A DNA stretch of 63,263 nucleotides, taken from a virus. Taxonomy: Duplodnaviria > Caudoviricetes. A program made the position numbers and the translations under genes. The stretch covers positions 1-63,263 of IMG/VR virus record IMGVR_UViG_3300011334_000158; one strand, given 5' to 3'. The notes under the pieces were generated by a model that made no database searches, was not told where the DNA came from, and saw only the letters and a list, made by a program, of their open reading frames with translations. Positions within the stretch are counted from its first letter, which is position 1. Every line of letters begins with the position of its first letter. Below, one piece after another: positions 56,789 through 63,263 of this stretch.

Positions 56789-58885
56789 TTATATAAACAG
56801 CATAAAAAAGTTTCCGCTACTTGGGGAGAAAAGCCACCCAAGATTATTTCCTGAGTTTACATTTCCGTTGACTGTATAAGCTTGCCAAGATGCCCCGCCT
56901 GTAGCGTTACTATCTTGAATATCTAAAAAGGATACAGATACTATTCCAGAAGCATCGGATAACGTATAGCGACTACCAGGTGTAGAACTACGTAAAGAAG
57001 TTAAATTCCCAGCCGTTCCACCTAAAGAAAAATTAGTAAACGTGCTTGTTGTTCCGGCTGTAAAAATAATTTGGCTAGGCTGTACCGTATCTGCAATATT
57101 GGTAAACGTGTTTGACCCAGTAATTGTTAAATTACCAGTGCCGCCTTGATTTAATGTGCAATTGTATGTTGACCCACCACCAACAAATGTTTTAGCACTA
57201 GCTGAAGTCATTGAAATAGTGCCCGTACCCGTGCCTGCTGTAGTTGAAAAATTGGTAGGTTGAGCGTTATTCCAAGCAGTAGTTGACGTTCCTGAAATTG
57301 CAAATGTGCCGCCATTAAACGTAATGTTCTTAGTACCTGTAGCAGTCGAAAACAAACCTGATGTAAGCGTTCTTCCGTTTAAGTCTAACGTACCATTAGT
57401 TAATGTAAATCTTTCCGTAACCGGAATTGTCAAATCATTTGTAACAAGTTGTATGCCGCCACTAGGAGCATTAATTGTTATTGCTTGGGTAAAAGCTACA
57501 TTTCCTGAATTAAATGTTTTTGTTGACCTATTTGAAAAAGTTAATGTTCCAGTTCCTGTTGTGGTTGTATTAGATCCAAAAGTAACATTCCCATAAATTA
57601 TAGGAGTGCCCGCAGCTGTTGCAAAAGTCATTGCATTAGTTCGACCAGAAGCATCCAATCCTGGAAAATTTCTTATGCTCGATGGAACAGTTATTGTTGC
57701 GCTTACGTTTAATCCTGTATTTTCAATAATTGCAGTGTCTTGTGGTATTGGAAAATTAGTATTAGATACAGCGCCATTTGAGCTTGTTGCCCATGCTAAT
57801 GCGCCCCAGTTTCCACCGCCCGTTAAATTCCAATATTTGTTTGAGCCAGCAGCAAAAGTAATATTAGTATTGCCACCACAGTTGCCAAGCCTAGTTCCAG
57901 ATAGAGTTCCAACTGCCCCAGCTATCGTAATGTCACCAAAATCCGTATCGCTTGTTGCGGCAATAGCAGCGCAATTTAGTGTGCGAGATGTTCCAATTAC
58001 ATCAGAGCTTAAAAACAATCTTTGATTTCCATTGCTGCCAGTGGCTGTTAGTGTTCCAGTAACGGTTTGATTAGCAGAAAAAGTTACTTGATTACTACAG
58101 GCAGCAGAAGGAGTGGAAACATTAAAATTAACAAATGTATTTACACCAGTTATAGTTCTTATAGAAGAAGAGGCAGTTACGCTTGTAAAAGATACATTTG
58201 AAAAAGTTAAGTTATTATTTCCATTAAGTTGACTGGATGCTGATGACAATAAAATTGAAGAATTTCCTGCGTTTAAAGCAAAAGAACCACTAGCTATAGT
58301 AAGTCCAGCACTACCACTTATAGTAACCGTTGAATTATTAAGAATTAATGTTCCAACTCCAGTAGTATTAAGAAGCTCACCAACAGTAATAGAGTAATTA
58401 CTGGCAGATGTATTTAATGTACCTTGATTAAAAGTAAATGTGCTTCCGCCGTTATCAAAAGCTGAACCCAAAGTCCAACCACCGCCAACACCGTTAAACA
58501 CAGTAGAACCATTAAAAGCAACGCCATTAGTAGTTATAGTCTTACCAGTAGTAGTAGCATTAAAGGTTGTTATACCTGTATAACTGCGAGTAAAGTTAGT
58601 CGCTTGAAAAGTTAAGTTGCCACTAACGGTCAAACCAATATTTGTACCTGCTAAGGTCATTGTTCCATCAAGACCAGACGCAACAAAGTCATTACATAAA
58701 CGAGGAGTATTTGCCATCGTTACTGTAAATGCAGTGTTACCTGTATTACTATTTGCATCAAAAATTACACTATCCGCCGCAGTGGGAACCGACGCACCAC
58801 TTCCTCCGCCGCTAGAAGTAGACCAGTTAGTTGTGCTAGTTGAATCCCAAGTCCCAGTCCCGCCAATCCAATAACGATCTGCCAT
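56789..58885 (-). CDS. Tail fibre / spike, beta-rich, with a duplicated YW..G.G.W module
   Basis: G/T/S/N-rich 698 aa; RYWIGGTGTW and KYWNLTGGGNW. Confidence 0.7.
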   Translation of the reverse strand: MADRYWIGGTGTWDSTSTTNWSTSSGGGSGASVPTAADSVIFDANSNTGNTAFTVTMANTPRLCNDFVASGLDGTMTLAGTNIGLTVSGNLTFQATNFTRSYTGITTFNATTTGKTITTNGVAFNGSTVFNGVGGGWTLGSAFDNGGSTFTFNQGTLNTSASNYSITVGELLNTTGVGTLILNNSTVTISGSAGLTIASGSFALNAGNSSILLSSASSQLNGNNNLTFSNVSFTSVTASSSIRTITGVNTFVNFNVSTPSAACSNQVTFSANQTVTGTLTATGSNGNQRLFLSSDVIGTSRTLNCAAIAATSDTDFGDITIAGAVGTLSGTRLGNCGGNTNITFAAGSNKYWNLTGGGNWGALAWATSSNGAVSNTNFPIPQDTAIIENTGLNVSATITVPSSIRNFPGLDASGRTNAMTFATAAGTPIIYGNVTFGSNTTTTGTGTLTFSNRSTKTFNSGNVAFTQAITINAPSGGIQLVTNDLTIPVTERFTLTNGTLDLNGRTLTSGLFSTATGTKNITFNGGTFAISGTSTTAWNNAQPTNFSTTAGTGTGTISMTSASAKTFVGGGSTYNCTLNQGGTGNLTITGSNTFTNIADTVQPSQIIFTAGTTSTFTNFSLGGTAGNLTSLRSSTPGSRYTLSDASGIVSVSFLDIQDSNATGGASWQAYTVNGNVNSGNNLGWLFSPSSGNFFMLFI

Positions 58886-58888
58886 TTT

Positions 58889-59044
58889 TTATTCCTCTAC
58901 TTGAGTCACAGCAGTAATCCAATCATTCAAACGCTGCTGTTTCATTGCTTCAATCTCATCGTCAGTGAAGCCGTGGTCGTCTGGCAAAACAATTGCATCG
59001 GAAAACATTCCGTATGAGGTTTCAAAAGAAAAATCTATTTTCAT
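58889..59044 (-). CDS. Small acidic tail-associated protein (MKIDFSF...)
   Basis: SD AGGTG before an internal ATG. Confidence 0.55.
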   Translation of the reverse strand: MKIDFSFETSYGMFSDAIVLPDDHGFTDDEIEAMKQQRLNDWITAVTQVEE

Positions 59045-59055
59045 ATAGTCACCTA

Positions 59056-60054
59056 TTACGATTGCGTTGTTACAGCTACTACATCCCATCGGGTATTGGA
59101 TGAGTTATAAATACATCCAACATAAACCATCTTGCTTGCCGTTGTATTTGTTGGTAACGTGGTTCCAATTGTTACGTAAGTTGCATTCCAAGATATGCTT
59201 TGTGTTGTGCCATTATCTAAAAATCTAAATATCAATTTATTGCCGTCAACTGGTGTACCCGTTGGCGCGTTTACTGTTAAAGCTGCCGCCTGCGCGGTCA
59301 AAACATATTGATCAAATGTCGCTATGTTTGGCGTCAAAGATGCCGTAGATGTATTTGAAGAGACTCGTGGGTCGATACGTTTGTTGCTTAATGTTACGGT
59401 ACCGTTGCCAGTAGTAAAGCCGCCCGCTGTATTTACATTACTACCAAGCGCAGTGATTACGCCATTGCCTGTAGTTGTGGTAAATGGAGTCAAATTCGCG
59501 CCGCCACCAACGACTAAAGCACTTGCCGTCAATACGTTTGAACTTGCAACATTTCCTGATGCAGAGAAATATAAAATACCACCAGAAGTACCAGATGTTA
59601 ATCCAGTGCCGCCAGACGCAACAGGAAGAGCGTTACCTAATGTTAGTGATGATAGGTATGTAGTTACATCAAGAATGCTAGTAGCATTATTAAAGACAAT
59701 CATTGTTCTGCCAGAAGGAACAGCTATGCCCGTTCCCGTAGAATTTTTAACAGTGATTGTGTCTGCCAAACCGTTGTTGACAATGTATTGTTTCTCAATA
59801 GCGGATACGATTAGATTCCTCGCGCCGCCAGAAGTGCCTGTTAAATTTAAACGAAGGTTACGTCCTGTCTGAGAAGCATTGGTATCTGTTAGGGTTAACG
59901 TAACATCAGCACTAGAAAATGCCACATCGGCACTACCTGTAATGGCCTCTTCAATAGCCGTTCCAAGATTGGTGTTTGTCGTATTACCCCAAGTGCCTGC
60001 CTGGTCACCCGTCCCAATCAGCTCAATCTTAAGGGCGCTATATGTACTTGCCAT
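59056..60054 (-). CDS. Tail fibre protein
   Basis: MASTYS.LKIELIGTG.QAGTWG.TTN, LPVASGGTG, YN....WDVVA. Confidence 0.75.
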   Translation of the reverse strand: MASTYSALKIELIGTGDQAGTWGNTTNTNLGTAIEEAITGSADVAFSSADVTLTLTDTNASQTGRNLRLNLTGTSGGARNLIVSAIEKQYIVNNGLADTITVKNSTGTGIAVPSGRTMIVFNNATSILDVTTYLSSLTLGNALPVASGGTGLTSGTSGGILYFSASGNVASSNVLTASALVVGGGANLTPFTTTTGNGVITALGSNVNTAGGFTTGNGTVTLSNKRIDPRVSSNTSTASLTPNIATFDQYVLTAQAAALTVNAPTGTPVDGNKLIFRFLDNGTTQSISWNATYVTIGTTLPTNTTASKMVYVGCIYNSSNTRWDVVAVTTQS

Positions 60055-60063
60055 GATCTTTCC

Positions 60064-60984
60064 TTACGTAAAAGTAACTATCTCTTGCCAGCTTGCATTT
60101 TCAGTATTGTTTATCAATGCCCAACTGCCAGAAACATTACTGTTAATCTGTGACCAACTTACGTTTTGCGTAGTATTAATTACACTCCATAAATTACCAG
60201 AGGCATCATCAGTAATTAATGACCAGCTTGCATTTTGAGAATCATTAATTAAATTCCATAAAAACTGTGCAAACCAGTAATTATCTATTGCAACGCTTTC
60301 TTCTATGTTTGCATTAAAAATAGCAGTTGTTTCAAATGACTCTGATGCACTTACAAATTCTTCTGTTGATGTTTGGAAAATAGCTTGCGAGCTAAACAAA
60401 TCATCACTCGCCACATTCTCTTCCACAGAACCAACGGTGATGCGTTCTACATTTATGCTATCACTAATTGATATTGATTCAGCTACATTATTGAAACTAC
60501 CAGACGCACCAACTACAGTCTCTGATGTATTCGCTGTTTCTGTTACATTCACAGCAAAAATTAAACCAGAAGATACTGTTTCGCTTGTGTTTGCAGTGTC
60601 ACTTACATTTCTAGAGTAGGTAGTAAATACCGAAATATTATCTTGGGCATTTGCGCTCTCTAACACGGATGCGCCAAGCACGACAGTCGAACTAACAACA
60701 TCGGAAGCATTCGCAGTATCACGTACCGAGCTGCTAAATATTACCGTGCTAGAAATAGAATCAGAAACATTTGCAGTATCGCTTACAACTATCCCAAAAC
60801 TAACGCCAGCACTGGTTGAGTCAGAAACATTTGCTGTATCTCTAACTGTTACATTTGCTAAAAATACGCTTACAATTCTTTCAGATACATTTGATGTTTC
60901 AGATATGTTTGGATAATAAACTGATAGCCCCCAACCAGCTTGGCTCCAATCGCCGCTGCTGAATCCGCCATCAACAATTGCCAC
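60064..60984 (-). CDS. Virion protein with about 20-aa V.DTAN.SD repeats and W-repeat tail
   Basis: Repeats visible in the translation. Confidence 0.65.
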   Translation of the reverse strand: MAIVDGGFSSGDWSQAGWGLSVYYPNISETSNVSERIVSVFLANVTVRDTANVSDSTSAGVSFGIVVSDTANVSDSISSTVIFSSSVRDTANASDVVSSTVVLGASVLESANAQDNISVFTTYSRNVSDTANTSETVSSGLIFAVNVTETANTSETVVGASGSFNNVAESISISDSINVERITVGSVEENVASDDLFSSQAIFQTSTEEFVSASESFETTAIFNANIEESVAIDNYWFAQFLWNLINDSQNASWSLITDDASGNLWSVINTTQNVSWSQINSNVSGSWALINNTENASWQEIVTFT

Positions 60985-60987
60985 ACA

Positions 60988-61164
60988 TTACTCCACAGCA
61001 ACAATCTGGTCTTCCGTAAACCAACGCTCATGATCTACGTTATCCGAAGACCAAGTCACTAAATAATAAATAGTGCCGTCTTCATCCATGCGCATTTTGG
61101 TAATTGGACCTTCTGGCGTGACGGCCTTAACTTTGACCACATCACCTTTTTTAAATGTTGACAT
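60988..61164 (-). CDS. 58-aa small beta protein (MSTFKKGDVV...)
   Basis: Translated by hand; SD AGGGG. Confidence 0.6.
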   Translation of the reverse strand: MSTFKKGDVVKVKAVTPEGPITKMRMDEDGTIYYLVTWSSDNVDHERWFTEDQIVAVE

Positions 61165-61176
61165 GCTTATCCCCTA

Positions 61177-61752
61177 TTAAACAGCATCAAGATTGAACGA
61201 ATAAGTCACGTTCAATACGTCACCGCTGACCACTGTGCGGTCGCCAGGCGATTGAAAGTCTGCCGCAGAAAAAAGCAATCCAGTTGTGCCAGTAGCCACA
61301 TTTGCCAAAAACGCACCAGCAACAGTTGCATTCGCATTCATAGTAAAAGAAGCAGATGAAGCTGAGTTATTAATGTTTGATGGATCCGCTAATGTAGCTG
61401 CACTAAATGAAGCTGCCTTGCGGTTACCTGTATAGCTACTGTTCTCTGTCCAGCCAGCATGAGAAGCCAATGTATCGCCGCCAGAAAAAGTAGTGGATGC
61501 CGCAGTTCCGTTTACTAGACCCACATACCAAGCTGCTGTATAAGCAGAGCCTGTAAAAAACTGGGTATTCATAGACTGAAGACCTACGTTGGTCACCAGG
61601 TTAGGAGCAATATCTACCCACTTTGTTTCGCCATTTTGGTCGTAACAAGTAACGGTAAATGTGCCCCCAGCAGACAGGCCCTCTATAAAACCTGTTTTAC
61701 GCTCCACATCACCTGAGACAAACTCGCTAGATTTGGATTTTTCAATAGACAT
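61177..61752 (-). CDS. Putative tail structural protein
   Basis: NLVTNVGL, WYVGL, GDVLNVTY motifs. Confidence 0.65.
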   Translation of the reverse strand: MSIEKSKSSEFVSGDVERKTGFIEGLSAGGTFTVTCYDQNGETKWVDIAPNLVTNVGLQSMNTQFFTGSAYTAAWYVGLVNGTAASTTFSGGDTLASHAGWTENSSYTGNRKAASFSAATLADPSNINNSASSASFTMNANATVAGAFLANVATGTTGLLFSAADFQSPGDRTVVSGDVLNVTYSFNLDAV

Positions 61753-61761
61753 GATTATTCC

Positions 61762-62184
61762 TTACGTTATACGAATAAGCGCACTGGACGCTGTGTCCGG
61801 CGGGAAAACTACAGTAAATGTATTGTTGCCCGCTTGAATCTTATCTGACCCAAAATCCAAAACAGCTATTGAAGCATTTGATTTTGTTGCGTTATAAATC
61901 AAAGCGCCCCTAGTTGTAAATTCAGCAGGGTTCCAAGTTAGATTATCAAAACTTACAAATACCGTATTGCTACCGCTTTGAATAGTTACATTTGATAATT
62001 GATTGCCGCCAACCGTATATCCAGTGCCGGTAATTTCATTGTCTGATACATACGCCGTTGTATCTTCATTAAGCGTGGCATAAGCTGTGTACAGCGACAT
62101 CTTTAAAGTATCGGATGCAATGTTCTGGCGTCCATTTAATATGTCCACCTTGAAGCTTGTAGTCAATCCTTGATAGATTGTCAT
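61762..62184 (-). CDS. Putative tail structural protein
   Basis: SFK..L, GTGYTVGG, RGALIYN, VLDFGSDK. Confidence 0.65.
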   Translation of the reverse strand: MTIYQGLTTSFKVDILNGRQNIASDTLKMSLYTAYATLNEDTTAYVSDNEITGTGYTVGGNQLSNVTIQSGSNTVFVSFDNLTWNPAEFTTRGALIYNATKSNASIAVLDFGSDKIQAGNNTFTVVFPPDTASSALIRIT

Positions 62185-62858
62185 GTGACTCTCACTCTAA
62201 CCTGACCGCTACGGTACGCATCCTGACGCTCTAGGCCATCACCCAGACGTTTAAGTTCACCAACAGCCTCTGCATACTTAGCTTCTACGTTGGCGATCAA
62301 ATCCTGCTCACCCTTCATAAACAAGTAAGCCTCGCGCAAGGAACCATACAACAATACTGGGTCATAGTTATCGCCCAGCCAGCTCGTGCCAGCGTCAACT
62401 ATTGATGTTGGGTAGTAGTTGTAGTGGAGTTCTACTGTGTAGCTGTTATCCGGCGTTGGGCCAAGAATAAGAGATAACTCAGTTGTGATTACGTTGCTAG
62501 TGACTGTTGGGCCAAAGATAGCGTAATACGCTGGCAGGCCAGTATCGTTCGGCGTTGGATATGCCTCGCGGATATAGTTCACATCTTTGTTTAACAAATA
62601 ACTTGATCTCTCATTTGCCGTTCCAAAATTTTCAATAACCGCCATTGAATAGACAGAAAGAAAATCAGAAGGCGTAGATAAATACTTGTTATTGGCACTT
62701 AATGTACCGTATTGATTCTTACGTAATGGCGGAATCTGCACAGAGTTATAAACGCGAGTCTCCGTCTGCCGAACAAACGTCGGGACAGCAGCTTCAAACT
62801 CAGCAGAAAAGTTCTCTGTGTAAGAGAGAATTGCGTTGTATAACTCGGTGTAGGTCAT
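62181..62858 (-). CDS. Second adaptor-like head-closure protein
   Basis: MTYTEL..I, LGPTPD..Y, LLYGSL.EA..FMK. Confidence 0.6.
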   Translation of the reverse strand: MTYTELYNAILSYTENFSAEFEAAVPTFVRQTETRVYNSVQIPPLRKNQYGTLSANNKYLSTPSDFLSVYSMAVIENFGTANERSSYLLNKDVNYIREAYPTPNDTGLPAYYAIFGPTVTSNVITTELSLILGPTPDNSYTVELHYNYYPTSIVDAGTSWLGDNYDPVLLYGSLREAYLFMKGEQDLIANVEAKYAEAVGELKRLGDGLERQDAYRSGQVRVRVT

Positions 62859-63121
62859 TATGCCATCGGTCCTCGGCACATAATGCCTTTAGTAGCCGCG
62901 CCAGCGCCGCGCATTTTAATGCCATCAGTCTTGACTGGTTTGGTATTGCCCTTACTAATACCAGCTACGGAGATGTTCATGTCATCCATAACTTTAGCGC
63001 CAGTAGTGTAAGCAGAATCAGCCTGGATGGTAGAAGCTTTACCCTTCATGTCATGCGGGGCGGCATACACATCAGCTTGACCTATTTCTTTACCTTTAAC
63101 CTTTTGCGAGAACTTAGCCAT
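62858..63121 (-). CDS. Small basic protein (RGAGAATKG..RGPMA)
   Basis: Coupled ORF. Confidence 0.7.
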   Translation of the reverse strand: MAKFSQKVKGKEIGQADVYAAPHDMKGKASTIQADSAYTTGAKVMDDMNISVAGISKGNTKPVKTDGIKMRGAGAATKGIMCRGPMA

Positions 63122-63136
63122 TATCGACCTCTTCCA

Positions 63137-63263
63137 TTAGATTTCTGGTTCATAGCACGAGCAATATTGCGTCCATATTTTTTCATGGATTCGCTAGTAA
63201 CACCACCCTTTGCCATGCCTTTGTGCATACGCTTTTCGTGGGCTTTTACTTCTTTGTCAGCAA
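63137..63263. repeat. Terminal direct repeat, copy 2 (matches 1-127)
   Basis: Direct comparison of the two ends. Confidence 0.95.

Noticed and set aside
39393-60619. Many plus-strand ORFs of 60-190 aa opposite the structural genes
   Set aside because: Antisense shadows of long minus-strand genes, without recognisable motifs.
63137-63263. Physical terminal repeat of the virion DNA
   Set aside because: It is 127 nt long and falls in the middle of a gene, consistent with an assembly overlap.
1-63263. tRNA/rRNA genes, reverse transcriptase or DGR, alternative genetic code
   Set aside because: None was recognised by eye, and long genes are intact in the standard code. tRNAscan was not run, so a tRNA could have been missed.

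Overview
The window looks like a complete, circularly permuted genome (about 63.1 kb) of a tailed dsDNA phage with a podovirus-like layout. The first 127 nt recur at 63137-63263, and one small gene runs across that join. Minus-strand morphogenesis genes: TerS, TerL, portal, GroES, scaffold, major capsid, adaptors, tail fibres, lysis genes, nozzle, ejection proteins and a 2046-aa polyvalent protein. Other modules: a short early region (14.4-17.1 kb), a leftward replication operon (ParB-like, SF2 helicase, Toprim primase) and a rightward recombination and sugar-modification operon. The most striking element is at 22.5-24.3 kb. A sigma70 promoter drives a gene for a small RAMP/Cas7-like protein, followed directly by a non-coding array of about 400 nt. 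The array has eight units of GGY-NN pentamers separated by GGCA, then a 160-aa gene. It resembles a non-CRISPR, RNA-guided system whose guide information lies in the variable dinucleotides. Also notable: a branched-chain 3,6-dideoxysugar pathway (RfbH + YerE-like + SDR) with four glycosyltransferase-like genes and a sugar C-methyltransferase; a [YFM]-[AK]-x-G-G motif shared by many virion proteins; a duplicated 50-bp palindrome; a c4-like structured RNA; and an HNH insertion that duplicated a gene end. All family calls come from reading motifs by eye, with no database search.
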